Notes: a model not told the origin generated them from the letters alone. DNA of 64,000 nucleotides from Candidatus Moanibacter sp. (GCA_965215885.1 CBDCEW010000093.1:32001-96000); one strand, 5' to 3'; shown: positions 1 through 10,619, counted from the first letter of the stretch. Translations and numbers: made by a program.

Positions 1-1298
1 CGGAAGACCCACCCGATCTTATCTTGATGGAAACGATATCTCTGTTCCGCGATCAATTGACCATTCCAGCCATCGAGGCGATGTTGGAAACTGGGGTTCC
101 GGTATGGCTCAGTTTCCGTCGAAGTCTCGAGGGAGTCTGTGGGATCTATGGGCAACACTGGGGTGGCCCCGAAGGCGACCTCTTCGGTCGCGTCGCCGCA
201 AGATTTGAATCTATGGGAATAGGCGCTCTCATGATCAACAGCATACCCATCAGGCACATTCGTGGGATGCTGCCCTGGCTACGGGATTTCACCGACTTGC
301 CTCTGGGTGTATACCCGAACCTCGGCCATTACCTCGACCCCGGTTGGAAGTTCGACGATACAACGGGACCAGAGGAGTACGCCGACCTCGCGCTACAGTG
401 GCGCGAAGAAGGCGCCCAGATCGTAGGCGGCTGCAACGGGGTTTCGCCCGAACACATCGCTGCCCTGAAGAGACGCGTGGCGAATACGAAACCGGGTCGA
501 TGTAAAGACATCGCCTCCCTGGACCCATTGAAATCCATTTCGACACTGACGAATATCCCTGAGCTTTCCAGCGAACCTTCCCGCTGGCGCGACAAGAGAG
601 ACCGATCCCTCTACCCTTTGGCTTTCCCAACCATAGAAGTGGATCCTAATGTATTTCGGCCCACCCAGGGAAGTTTCCTGATTTGGAAATTCCTCTTCCA
701 GTCGGGCCTCGGGGAGGGGAAAGAATGTCTTGATGTCGGCTGTGGGACTGGAATCCTAACCGTGCAGCTGGCTCTAAACGGCGCCCGAAATGTCGATGCC
801 ACCGATATCCAGGAGGAAGCCATTGCCAACACCATGGCAAACGCTTTTCGCAACGACGTTGCCGCACGCGTAACGGGAAAAGTAATCGATCTTTATACCC
901 AGCTTCCGGACAAGAAATACGACATCATCGTGGCCAGCCTTTATCAACTGCCGGTAGATCCTATGAGTGAGCCATCGACCCATCGTCCAGCCGATTTTTG
1001 GGGCAGAAATATGGTTGATCACCTCGTTTCTCTGCTCCCAGACCTTCTCAAGAAGAGTGGTGTCGCCTACATCATGCAGGTTTCGGTTTTGAGTGAGAAG
1101 AGAACCACAAATCTTCTTAATGCAGTAGGATTTGACGCCTCTGTGATCGACTTCGGCCTCTTCCACTTTCCTCCTGAATTTCACGAAAATGTCGAGCAGA
1201 TCGAAACCGTTGAAGAAATCTCAGATGCTTACCATTTAAACTTCAGCGAAGACCGCGTCCTCGTCATGTATCTTCTAGAAGTCACTTGGAGCAAGTAA
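1..1298 (+). CDS. Homocysteine S-methyltransferase-like domain fused to a class I SAM-dependent methyltransferase (5' end outside window)
   Basis: The frame is open from position 3 (EDPPDLILMET). HMT-like motifs LILMET, GVYPNLG and GAQIVGGCNG; C-terminal LDVGCGTG SAM-binding motif. Confidence 0.75.
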   Translation, partial: EDPPDLILMETISLFRDQLTIPAIEAMLETGVPVWLSFRRSLEGVCGIYGQHWGGPEGDLFGRVAARFESMGIGALMINSIPIRHIRGMLPWLRDFTDLPLGVYPNLGHYLDPGWKFDDTTGPEEYADLALQWREEGAQIVGGCNGVSPEHIAALKRRVANTKPGRCKDIASLDPLKSISTLTNIPELSSEPSRWRDKRDRSLYPLAFPTIEVDPNVFRPTQGSFLIWKFLFQSGLGEGKECLDVGCGTGILTVQLALNGARNVDATDIQEEAIANTMANAFRNDVAARVTGKVIDLYTQLPDKKYDIIVASLYQLPVDPMSEPSTHRPADFWGRNMVDHLVSLLPDLLKKSGVAYIMQVSVLSEKRTTNLLNAVGFDASVIDFGLFHFPPEFHENVEQIETVEEISDAYHLNFSEDRVLVMYLLEVTWSK

Positions 1299-1500
1299 TC
1301 AGAGAATTGAATAGTGACGCCGATGCTATCAAGGAGAGAAATGTTCACACAAATCGAATCGGATTGTAGCGGAAAGCGGAAGCTTTTCGTCTTCGTGGAC
1401 GGGTCTAGCCCGCTTTTCTTAAGCGGGTCGGCGTTACAAACTGCTGGCAGCCGCGATCCAGCCCAGACGCTTCTCTAGACTTCGTGCGAGAAAAGCGGGT

Positions 1501-2238
1501 TTAATCGATCATTCGAAACATCAACCTCAACGTATAACTCCGACCGTTGGGCGTCGGCCCGATCGAGACCGCATCCGTAAACGCTGCTCGCACGGAGGCG
1601 TCGAAAATAACGTTACCCGAGGGATCGATCAACTCGACAGAACCAATCTTACCGACTCCGTCGACACTAAACCGCACGTTCGCCTCCAATCGCCTTCCCG
1701 ACAAGCTTGCCGGTTTCATCCATGCTAGATTGATACTTTCTCGAAGCCGGTCGATATATAACCGAAGACCCAATTGCAAAGATTCGGATGCGGACTCTGC
1801 ACGGGTCTCATCTTCGCTTTCGGAAACGATACCCGCCATTTTGGCTATTAATCGATCGATATCAATTTCTTCAACTTCAACTTTCCGCTCTTTCGGGATT
1901 CTCGGATGCGCCGTCTTCGGTCTTCCGTGCATTTTTGCGAAATCCTCGTAGGAAATTCTCTTCACTGGTGGGGGCGGTTCCACAGGTTCGCTTTCAGGCT
2001 GCCGCCCTGAAGGGGACAGCTCGTCTCTCCCCTCCACCCTGTCTTCCACTCTTGGCACCGGAGCTGCAATTAGAGTAAAAACGTGCGGATCCCGCTCTCG
2101 TCTGAACGCTTCTACCAATGTACCCAGCAGCAACAGAAAGAAGAATCCTCCGTGAAGCAGAGCCGAAATTATGAAGGCGCGCTGCGAAGCGGTCTCTTTT
2201 CCATACCGCGCATCTGCATCATTTGCTCGCAAATTCAC
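1501..2238 (-). CDS. TonB/TolA-family energy transducer
   Basis: N-terminal TM helix with SALLH, Pro-rich linker and TonB_C-like C-terminus (SGNVIFDASV); follows exbB/exbD. Confidence 0.8.
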   Translation of the reverse strand: MNLRANDADARYGKETASQRAFIISALLHGGFFFLLLLGTLVEAFRRERDPHVFTLIAAPVPRVEDRVEGRDELSPSGRQPESEPVEPPPPVKRISYEDFAKMHGRPKTAHPRIPKERKVEVEEIDIDRLIAKMAGIVSESEDETRAESASESLQLGLRLYIDRLRESINLAWMKPASLSGRRLEANVRFSVDGVGKIGSVELIDPSGNVIFDASVRAAFTDAVSIGPTPNGRSYTLRLMFRMID

Positions 2239-2272
2239 CCCATTGTTTCAAAAATTCGAGAAATGATGGAGT

Positions 2273-2689
2273 TCATTCAATTCGCGTGTCGAGGCTGATC
2301 CGGGAAAGTCCGCTCTGCTTCACAAGGTCAATCACGTTGATGACTCGCTGGTACGGAATACTCCGGTCAGCGCGTATATTGATCACCGGAAGATCCGGAG
2401 CCGTCGCCATACTTTCCAGATACTCCGCCAGCTTCTCTTCATCGACCGCCGTGTCGCCCCAGTAGATCTGCCCATCCACCGTGATCGAGATCGTCTGAAA
2501 TCTGTATTCTCCAGTTGTTTCCTGGACGCTCTGCGATTCCTCCGGCAATTCCAGCGCAATCGATTGCTCGAGAAGAGGCGCCGTGATCATGAATATGATG
2601 AGCAGTGCAAAGGCCAGATCGATCAGGGGGGTGACATTGATCTCCGACATCGCCCCCAGACTCTCTCTCCTATGAAATGTCCTCGCCAT
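2273..2689 (-). CDS. exbD: ExbD/TolR biopolymer transport protein
   Basis: SEINVTPLIDLAFALLIIFMITAP and IRADRSIPY motifs. Confidence 0.9.
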   Translation of the reverse strand: MARTFHRRESLGAMSEINVTPLIDLAFALLIIFMITAPLLEQSIALELPEESQSVQETTGEYRFQTISITVDGQIYWGDTAVDEEKLAEYLESMATAPDLPVINIRADRSIPYQRVINVIDLVKQSGLSRISLDTRIE

Positions 2690-2864
2690 GCTTAAACGCT
2701 ACTCCACACTTTTCACTCCTTCTCTCTCATCTCCGTTCTCTTTCCTGCCCTGAGCCTCGTCGAAGGGGTTTCCTTCTGTAAAATCATCTTCTGTTCAACT
2801 CTCCAACTCTGAACCTTTTACACTGTTCACTGCTGAGCGCAGCGAAGTCCCGGCTTGCCGGGGA

Positions 2865-3584
2865 TCACTCTCCACTTCTTACTTCCTCCCTTGCCTCCAG
2901 TTCAATTCGGTCTGCCAGCGCGCTCGCGAAATTCTCCAATTCCGTGATCATAATTTTCGTCTGAGTGAGGAGGAAATTATAACCGAAAACCGAAGGTATC
3001 GCTACGAGTAGACCGGCCACGGTGGTAAGTAGTGCCCCCGAAACCCCAGGGGCAAGCATCTGTATGCTCGCTGTGCTCTTCAGCGCAATGGAACCGAATG
3101 CATCCATAACTCCCCACACCGTACCCAGGAGGCCGAGAAACGGAGCTCCCGTCACAATCGATCCCAATAGCACCATCTTGCTTTCATACTGTATCGTCGC
3201 CTCCGCTACGCCCCGCTGCAAAGCGTTCTCCACATGACCTATCCGCGACGGTGTCGAAGACGCGCCACCACCGGATCGCCCATACGCCTCCAACGCCGAT
3301 CGCATGAGATCAGCGTACGGTCCAAGCCCCCAACTCCGCATAGTAGATCCGAATTCGAGGAGCGAACCCTCTGCTTTGATTCTCCTGTCTAAATGATGAT
3401 TCAGCTCCCTCAACCGCGCCAGGTCGATATACTTACCGATCATTACCGTCCAGGCCAGAAGACTAAATGCCACCAGGAACAACACGATGATCTTGCCCGC
3501 CAAATTTGACTGACTGAAATAGGTCATGACGTTAGCAAGGATTACTTGCTTCATTCCGAACTCTGTGATGCTTTCCCAGGCCAT
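2865..3584 (-). CDS. exbB: MotA/TolQ/ExbB proton channel protein
   Basis: APFLGLLGTVWG and GLLVAIP motifs; the true start may be a downstream Met. Confidence 0.9.
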   Translation of the reverse strand: MAWESITEFGMKQVILANVMTYFSQSNLAGKIIVLFLVAFSLLAWTVMIGKYIDLARLRELNHHLDRRIKAEGSLLEFGSTMRSWGLGPYADLMRSALEAYGRSGGGASSTPSRIGHVENALQRGVAEATIQYESKMVLLGSIVTGAPFLGLLGTVWGVMDAFGSIALKSTASIQMLAPGVSGALLTTVAGLLVAIPSVFGYNFLLTQTKIMITELENFASALADRIELEAREEVRSGE

Positions 3585-3711
3585 ATCGAAGTCGACTCCC
3601 TCTCTCTTACATTATCGCGCTATAATCAAGGCACTATCCGGAAAATCATCCAGAAATAAAATTGTTGTCTGTCCTCTGTCTCCTTTCATATTATCCCGTT
3701 TCAGGGTAGGG

Positions 3712-4827
3712 ATGGATTACAAAAGCAAAACTCTCGAGGAACTTGAGAAAAAAGGAAGCTCCGTAAGCTCGAAGAACGCGTTCGTGGGCTTTGACGGATT
3801 CGTCGACAAGATTGTCGCGGCGGTAGACAAACGTTCCGGGCAGGGTGAGAATTATACCCCCATTGATACGATTGACGATTTTGGAACACGTATTCTGGGG
3901 GCGTCAGGCAAGAGTACAGCCATTGAACTCTACCCGCGATTGGAAAAGCTTGGCGGGAACGGCCCCATCATGGCAAATGCGCTTCTAAGCGCCGGCCTCA
4001 GTGTCAAGTATGTAGGAGCTATCGGTAACGCCAGTCCACACTCCGTCTTCGAGTCGTTCGCGCAAAGGGCCAACGCCACTGCCATCTGCGACCCCGGGGT
4101 CACCCACGCCCTCGAATTTAACGATGGCAAAATCATGTTTCCCACCACCGCCAGCCTCGATGACATTACCTATCAGAGAATTGTCGATGTGATGGGCGAA
4201 GGGGCGCTATTTGACGCCATATCCCGGGCCGATCTCATCGCCCTCGTAAATTGGACCATGATCCCGAATATGACGGCAATCTTCACAGCTCTCCTGGAGA
4301 AGGTGTTTCCTAATCTTGGCCCAAAGGCCGATGGGCGCTATTTCTTTTTCGACCTTTCCGATCCTGAGAAGAGGTCGGAGGGAGATATCGCTTCTGTTTT
4401 ATCGACTATTTCCCGTTTCCGCTCACACGGTCTGGTCACTCTCGGACTAAACCTGAAGGAGGCGCAATCGGTAAATAAAGTCCTCGGCAACGCCGAAATC
4501 GATCCCGATCCTGACGGCCTCAGGAAAATGGCCACCCGCATAAGGCAAAGCCTCGACATCTCCTGCGTGGTCATTCATCCGACCGATTCAGCCGCTTGCG
4601 CAACCAAAGATGACACCTGGTGGGTGAAGGGTCCGCACACCGACAGCCCGCTGGTCTCAACAGGAGCGGGAGATCATTTTAACGCGGGATTTAGTACCGC
4701 CCAATTGTTGGGGCTCACCCCCCTCGCCTGCCTCACTGTCGCGGTCTGCTGTTCGGGATCATACGTGCGTTCGGCAAAAAGTCCCTCTCTTCTCGATATC
4801 AACGCCTTTATTCGAAATTGCGAGTGA
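3712..4827 (+). CDS. PfkB-family carbohydrate kinase
   Basis: GGNGPIMA and STGAGDHFNAGF motifs; start taken as ATG 3712. Confidence 0.8.
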   Translation: MDYKSKTLEELEKKGSSVSSKNAFVGFDGFVDKIVAAVDKRSGQGENYTPIDTIDDFGTRILGASGKSTAIELYPRLEKLGGNGPIMANALLSAGLSVKYVGAIGNASPHSVFESFAQRANATAICDPGVTHALEFNDGKIMFPTTASLDDITYQRIVDVMGEGALFDAISRADLIALVNWTMIPNMTAIFTALLEKVFPNLGPKADGRYFFFDLSDPEKRSEGDIASVLSTISRFRSHGLVTLGLNLKEAQSVNKVLGNAEIDPDPDGLRKMATRIRQSLDISCVVIHPTDSAACATKDDTWWVKGPHTDSPLVSTGAGDHFNAGFSTAQLLGLTPLACLTVAVCCSGSYVRSAKSPSLLDINAFIRNCE

Positions 4828-4854
4828 TTTAAACGACCGACTTCTCAGCTAACC

Positions 4855-5607
4855 ATGGTAACGAACAATAATAGACCAAAGACTTCCGCCAAAGTGTCCC
4901 CACCCGCGCGCTCCAGGCGTAAGAGAGCCATGAGCACGCCGAAATCGCGCTCAAAAACTGTCAAAGGGCGAAATAAGCGAGGATTGCTCATTACTTTTGA
5001 GGGTCCTCAAGGGAGCGGCAAGACTGCCCAAATAAGCAGGATTTCGGCCCGCTTTGAGGATGCGGGCTACAACGTGGTCGTGACCCGTGAACCTGGCGGC
5101 ACTGAAATTGGCGAGGAAATTCGCCACCTCCTTAAACACGGCACCTCGAACCGCAACATGACGCCCGAAACCGAGCTTCTTCTCTTTGCCGCCAGCCGGG
5201 CGCAGCTCGTTCGCGAGATCTTTATTCCCTCTTTAAAAAAAGGAAAAATCATCCTCTGCGACCGCTTTCTCGACTCCACTACGGTCTACCAGGGGGTCGG
5301 TCGCCGGATTTCCGCGGAACCGGTCCATATCATCAACACTTTTGCGGTGGGAAATCTGATTCCGGATATTACGGTCGTGCTGGATGTACCGGCGGAGGTG
5401 GGCTTTTCCAGAATCCGGCACCGCGCCACCGATTTGTCCGAACGTATGGAGGAGGAGACAATCGACTTTTACCGCAAAGTGCGCGAGGGCTATCTCATGC
5501 TGGCCAAGGCTTTGTCCGAGCGCTTTATCGTGGTCGATGGGACAAAAGAACGGAAATCCGTAGAAGAGAAGATCTGGCATGAGCTTAACCAGCGTATTGT
5601 CGGATAA
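4855..5607 (+). CDS. tmk: Thymidylate kinase
   Basis: ITFEGPQGSGKT P-loop, TREPGGT, LLFAASRAQ, CDRFLDS; adjacent to holB. Confidence 0.95.
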   Translation: MVTNNNRPKTSAKVSPPARSRRKRAMSTPKSRSKTVKGRNKRGLLITFEGPQGSGKTAQISRISARFEDAGYNVVVTREPGGTEIGEEIRHLLKHGTSNRNMTPETELLLFAASRAQLVREIFIPSLKKGKIILCDRFLDSTTVYQGVGRRISAEPVHIINTFAVGNLIPDITVVLDVPAEVGFSRIRHRATDLSERMEEETIDFYRKVREGYLMLAKALSERFIVVDGTKERKSVEEKIWHELNQRIVG

Positions 5608-6520
5608 TCTGCGCTCCAGCCGCCCCGTCAAAGTCCTCGAACGTTCAATCGAAAAAGGTCGACTTGCCCACGGCATCCTTCTTCACGGCGAAAACCTATC
5701 CGCTCTCGAGGAAGTGGCGCTCGCTCTCAGTGGAGCGCTCCTCTCCTCTTCCCGCCATATCGTAACGCACCCGGATCTCTTTACCCTGCGCCCATCCCAT
5801 AAAGCGCGCCATATCCGCATCGGCGAAACCCGCCGTCTCATAAGGGATATTCAGCACTCGCCATACGAGGCTGATCGCAAAGTCGCGCTCATTTACGAAG
5901 CGGATCGCATGAATAATGCGGCTTCCAACGCCTTCCTCAAAACGCTTGAGGAGCCACCCCATAATACTACCATCTTCCTCCTCTCGACCCGACCTTATGA
6001 TCTCCTTTCCACTATCCGTAGCCGCTGTTTCAATTTTCGGCTGCCCTCCGAGTATACTTCCCTCGACCATGCCGAATGGCAGGCCTGGTTGCGGGATTAC
6101 CGTAGCTGGCTGAGTTTTCTTTCGCAACGTCCCGCAAACGCCAGGGAACGGGCCGAAGCCGTTATTTCTCTCTACGGCCTCATCTCGCGTTTCCAATCCC
6201 TCCTCACGGAATTCAGCAAGACCTCCTGGGAGAGCGAAAAAACTACTCTTCCCGAAGGCATCACGGATGAAGAGAAAGATGCCATCACCAGCGGATTGCG
6301 TAAAGGCAGCCGTCAGCAGATGCTCTGCGAAATTGAACTACACACCCGCGCCTTCACCTTCGAATCGGAGGGTGTTGAAATCGATTGGCCCTTCCACCAA
6401 TTGACTCGCGCGATCACGGATCTCGAACATAACGTCCGCCTCCTCGAAGTAAACCTTAACGAAAACGCTGCTCTCGAGAATTTCTTCCTCAACTCACTGC
6501 GAATCTGGAGCCGGCCCTAG
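5579..6520 (+). CDS. holB: DNA polymerase III delta' subunit
   Basis: HPDL, ADRMNNAASNAFLKTLEEPP and TIRSRC motifs; tmk-holB synteny. Confidence 0.92.
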   Translation: MSLTSVLSDNLRSSRPVKVLERSIEKGRLAHGILLHGENLSALEEVALALSGALLSSSRHIVTHPDLFTLRPSHKARHIRIGETRRLIRDIQHSPYEADRKVALIYEADRMNNAASNAFLKTLEEPPHNTTIFLLSTRPYDLLSTIRSRCFNFRLPSEYTSLDHAEWQAWLRDYRSWLSFLSQRPANARERAEAVISLYGLISRFQSLLTEFSKTSWESEKTTLPEGITDEEKDAITSGLRKGSRQQMLCEIELHTRAFTFESEGVEIDWPFHQLTRAITDLEHNVRLLEVNLNENAALENFFLNSLRIWSRP

Positions 6521-6702
6521 CCCGGACATTTCACACACATCGTAGCGAGATCCCGGCGTGCCGGGACTGCGGATCAAGGTCTTTTCGCAGTCCGGCGGGC
6601 GACAGTGTGTTGGAACTCTCTGAAGTCGCCGGACAAGAGAAGGCCTTGAGGCGCAGTGACATCCGTGGTCGCAGCAGATGGTTTGTGAAATTTTCGGGCT
6701 AG
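6517..6702. mobile_element. MITE-like element, copy 1 (CTAG-flanked)
   Basis: Ends CTAGcccggacatttcaca ... tgtgaaattttcgggCTAG; homologous to 10438-10619. The left CTAG contains the holB stop codon. Confidence 0.75.
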
Positions 6703-7159
6703 CCCGCCGGATTTTTCCCAGTCGGGTAGCCGCCCTGCCGTACGGCAGGGTGGACCGGAGGAAGTCTTCCACGCTAAGCGAATTCGAGAGCGAAATTAAC
6801 GCTTGCGACCTCTCTTTTTACATTTTTCCCACGGTGGGCTTCGCCCCATACCACAGTGCTTGTCAGTGACCCTCGCTACCCTGATCGAATAAAGACTGGG
6901 TTGAGCTTTCGTCCTTCATCCGTCGGTAACCGTAAGGAACAGTGGTATGGCTACTGCATCAGTGGGCTAACTCTTTACGAATCCTTTTCTTCCTTGCGGC
7001 TTCCCAATCGTACCATCGCCCGCACCTAACTCAGTTTGTAGCGGAATTCGGAAGAATTTCGTCGAATCGGCCAAAAAGGACCATATGCAGCGGATCAAAA
7101 GGCGACGGATGAGGAGAAGTAGAAAACCTGAAACTGTCCACTGTTCACTGGATACTCTT

Positions 7160-7870
7160 TCACTCTGAACTCTGAACACTGAACTCCGAACTCTGAACCG
7201 CCTCCCACACCTCCTCCGCAATCGCCTCTTCCTCCCGCATTCTTCCATCTTCGGAGAGGCACTCGATCCGCATCCACCGGGAAGGCAGATGTCGATCTAT
7301 AAGATATTCATATACCTCAAGGCACCGCCTCAGATAATCCTCATTTTCTTCGTGAATATCCCTCTCCTTGTCGGTGTACTCCCGTTCGCCCTTCCTTGAA
7401 ACAAGACTCATCGATACGTCCGTCGCGACGGAGAAAAAAATGTTCAGATCCGGTCGGGGGAGCCCATAGACTTCATGTTCAATGCCCACCAGCCAACTCA
7501 AAAAGGGCCCCCTTTCTTCTTCCGTCTGGCGCGCCCCCTGATAGGCGAGATTGGACGCTGTATAGCGATCCAATATTAGGAGGTCTTTTTCCTTAATCGC
7601 CCTCGTGATCAACTCCAGACTTTCAAACCGGTCACCCGCATAGAGCAGTGCGGGAAAGTACGGGGTGACCCTCTCGAGCTCCCCAAACCCTCCGTTCAGA
7701 TATTCGCCAATTCTCTTCCCGAATCGGGTGTCCCCGTATCGCGGAAAAGAGAGTATCTCAGCCGTCCCTCCCGCCCCTTCCACTCGCGCTTTGAGATGCC
7801 GCGCCTGCGTCCTCTTCCCCGACCCATCCAATCCTTCCAAAGCCACTACCATCCTACGCTCCATTAACAA
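7160..7870 (-). CDS. Second, divergent thymidylate kinase-family protein
   Basis: LEGLDGSGKRT, SFPRYG, LYAGDR, LDRYTASN motifs; the last residues come from a heptamer repeat. Confidence 0.85.
   Translation of the reverse strand: MLMERRMVVALEGLDGSGKRTQARHLKARVEGAGGTAEILSFPRYGDTRFGKRIGEYLNGGFGELERVTPYFPALLYAGDRFESLELITRAIKEKDLLILDRYTASNLAYQGARQTEEERGPFLSWLVGIEHEVYGLPRPDLNIFFSVATDVSMSLVSRKGEREYTDKERDIHEENEDYLRRCLEVYEYLIDRHLPSRWMRIECLSEDGRMREEEAIAEEVWEAVQSSEFSVQSSE
7163..7198. repeat. Heptamer tandem repeat (ctctgaa-like, ~5 units)
   Basis: ctctgaa ctctgaa cactgaa ctccgaa ctctgaa; similar runs near 2795-2835 and 44480-44500. Confidence 0.7.
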
Positions 7871-7927
7871 TTCTTAGAGCAGCGTAGCCACGATCCCGCT
7901 GAGCGGGACGCGAAGAGGAAGAGAAAC

Positions 7928-8109
7928 CACGGATTTCACGGATGGACACGGATAAGAAAAACCATCCGAAGTATTGGCAATGTTTCGCCAAAGCCATGTG
8001 TCGGCAAAACTCTAAAAAAGAAGGCATCGAGTCGAAGGTTCGCACGTTTCTACAGCCGCCCTTTCCCACAATCTAAATTCCCATCCGTGTCCATCCGTGA
8101 AATCCGTGG
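7928..8109. repeat. Inverted-repeat pair of ccacggat-type units
   Basis: ccacggatttcacggatggacacggat ... atccgtgtccatccgtgaaatccgtgg; related pair at ~48689-48966. Confidence 0.7.
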
Positions 8110-8375
8110 TTTCTCTTCTATTGAGTTTAGCATCAATGTCTTATGGATGTCCATGGGCAAAAACTTGCTAGAAAAACAAGATTCTGACGGATTGTAGCAC
8201 AAATTCAACAGTTCAATGATTAATTATCACCATTCTTCCCTGATGCAGCCCACCGCCGCCTTGCTCCCGCTCAGCGGGTCAAGGCTTACTCTATCCACTC
8301 CGCAAGATTGGCCCGGCCACATCATTATACATTTTTGAAAAATGTTAAATAACACCGAAATCTCAATTCTAACTA

Positions 8376-10292
8376 GACCCCATTCGAAAAGCCTTTCGAG
8401 CGGACGGTTTAAGGTTCTCCGCCACGGGCGGACCAGCCTATGGCTGGCAGGTTTCGGGTTTTAGGCTGCCGGCGCTGCCGATGAGCAGGTATTGAGCGGC
8501 CATCGGCGTGGCTTGCTGCACAATACGTATATTTGCCGCTGTCTGGAGGCATACTCATCCCGTGGTGCTTTTTTCTCCGAGCTGCAAAGCGGTCAGATTC
8601 AGGCCGCCTGTTCCAGTTCCTCCCCTCGGCGTTTCTTCATCAGTATGATGCGGCAGAAGTTGTAGGCCAGAACCTTCTCGAGCAGTTCATCGCCTACCGC
8701 ATCGATGCCGCGGCGGCCGAGTTCGCCAAAGGCAAATCCATCTTTAATCGTGAACATCAGCGACTCCACTGCGGAGCGATCGCGGCGTGCCTCGCGATAC
8801 GCCTCGCTCTCCCAGTCCTCGGGGGTGGTCAACTTCTTGCCCTTCGCCCCACTGATACTGATCTGCTTTACCCCCATGCTCAGCACCTCCTTGCGTCCCT
8901 TCGCCGAAGCATATCCGTCATCGGTGCTGACCAGTTCAGCAATGACACCGGTGCGCTTGATCGAATCGCCGATGGCCGGCGCCAGCTCAATGGAGTCTGC
9001 CGCATTGCCTTGCGGTACGATCAGGCTGGTGACAAAACCGTTTTCGCTGCGAACCAGTTGTGGCTTGTACCCGATCACTGGATTGCGGCTGCCCTTCTTG
9101 ATGTAGGCCGCCGATCCGTCCGAGAGGCTCAGGACCTTCTGTGTGGACGGTAGCTTCTTTTCGTGAAACACCCGATCATGAGCATACTCAACAACCCGCT
9201 TGGCGTCGGCAATATCGCCCCTGATCTGGCTCAATGCCCGCTCCAGAAGCTCCCGGCGAGTGGGAGGCAGTGAATCCATCGACAGGCCCTCTTCAAGATG
9301 GCTCAGTTCCCCCGTTAGTGAGTCGGCCGCCTTGCGGCCCCGCTTGAGCAACCGCCGGTAGTGTTTCTTCAGCTTGCCCTTCGACTTCGGTTTGCCCGCG
9401 GCCAGACAAATCTGAAACTCCAGCTTGTCCATTTCCTCCAGCCAACGCCCAACCCATCCCTTGCGAAAATCCTCCAGCCCGAAGACATGCAACTTCTGAC
9501 CCAAACGATTGGCCCGCATCAAAAGACCGCTCAGAATCTTCCCATCGGTGGGCCAGCAGCTGTTTGCTTTCACCGAGGTGCTGTCGATCGTCAGCTTCCC
9601 GAAATCGTCCCATTGCTCCTGGAGGATAAACCCAATCTGTTTATCAAAGATCAACTCGCGGGTCGTATGGCTGACCAGGTTCACGTTCTCCAGAATCGTC
9701 GTCACCGCCGGCATTCTCAGTCCCCCGCTCTGCAAAAATCCGTACAAGCTCATCGACTCGCGCACAAACCGCCGTGCCGGTTTCGTGGTCAACGAACCCA
9801 GAAACCCTCGAATCATCACGAACACGTATACCGCATAAGCCGGCATCCGCGGCCGGCCTGCCCCAAGATTCAATTCAGCAGCCAGAATATTCTCCTCCTC
9901 GATGTCCAGCTCCGGCAGCTCCGCTGTGCGCCCTTCAAAGAACCTGCGATCTTCCAATCGAAGTTTCTTCTTCTCACGCGCATGGGCGTCCAGATCCTTC
10001 TCGATCGCCTCGATGATTTGCGCCGCGAACCCGGCCAATTCTTCGACTTCATCCAGAAAATCACGGAAATCCGTGTCTGGAACCGGCAGAATGAGGTTGC
10101 TAAGGGGCGTCTTATCGCTTTTGTTCTCCTCTGTCGCACATGTTGGCATGTTTAACTCCTTTCTTAATCTTAGGTTGTTAAACACTAGCATGTTGCGACA
10201 CTTTTTATCAAGCCAAAAAATGATTTTTCTCAAGTTTTTCTTGCGCCTTTTGCGCCTCTTTGCGGCCAATCAGTAGCTTTTCGGATAAGGTC
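8376..10292 (-). mobile_element. IS element copy 1 (IS5/ISNCY-like DDE), 1917 bp
   Basis: TIRs GACCTTATCCGAAAAGC / GACCCCATTCGAAAAGC; 6-bp target duplication taacta (8370-8375, 10293-10298); near-identical to 32126-34041. Confidence 0.92.
8599..10149 (-). CDS. DDE transposase (IS5/ISNCY-like)
   Basis: IDSTSVKANSCWPTD, STDDGY, RSAVES motifs; AAGGAG precedes ATG 10149. Confidence 0.88.
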   Translation of the reverse strand: MPTCATEENKSDKTPLSNLILPVPDTDFRDFLDEVEELAGFAAQIIEAIEKDLDAHAREKKKLRLEDRRFFEGRTAELPELDIEEENILAAELNLGAGRPRMPAYAVYVFVMIRGFLGSLTTKPARRFVRESMSLYGFLQSGGLRMPAVTTILENVNLVSHTTRELIFDKQIGFILQEQWDDFGKLTIDSTSVKANSCWPTDGKILSGLLMRANRLGQKLHVFGLEDFRKGWVGRWLEEMDKLEFQICLAAGKPKSKGKLKKHYRRLLKRGRKAADSLTGELSHLEEGLSMDSLPPTRRELLERALSQIRGDIADAKRVVEYAHDRVFHEKKLPSTQKVLSLSDGSAAYIKKGSRNPVIGYKPQLVRSENGFVTSLIVPQGNAADSIELAPAIGDSIKRTGVIAELVSTDDGYASAKGRKEVLSMGVKQISISGAKGKKLTTPEDWESEAYREARRDRSAVESLMFTIKDGFAFGELGRRGIDAVGDELLEKVLAYNFCRIILMKKRRGEELEQAA

Positions 10293-10437
10293 TAACTAGA
10301 GTTATCGATGAGGACCTTTTGTTCAGATTTTACCCACGGTGGGCTTCGCCCCATCCCACAGTGCTTGTAAGTGCCCCTTTCTCCACGAATCGAAAACAGA
10401 CTCGATTGAGCACTCCTCCTTCATCGATTGATCACCG

Positions 10438-10619
10438 CTAGCCCACATATTTCACACACTTCGTCGCGAGACAGCGGAGGTTGTGGTGGATCAAGGGCTT
10501 ACCAAAGTCCGGCGGGTGACGGCGTGTTGGAACACGTGGAAGTCGGCGGACGAGGGAAGTCCTTGAGGCGCCGTAAGATCCGCTGTCGTAGCAGATGGCT
10601 TGTGAAATGTCCGGGCTAG
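10438..10619. mobile_element. MITE-like element, copy 2 (CTAG-flanked)
   Basis: CTAGcccacatatttcaca ... tgtgaaatgtccgggCTAG; interrupts a repeat that is intact elsewhere in the window. Confidence 0.75.

Noticed and set aside
10150..10269. Basic 40-aa N-terminal extension of the transposase
   Set aside because: It starts at TTG within the IS end, and a clear AAGGAG precedes ATG 10149.
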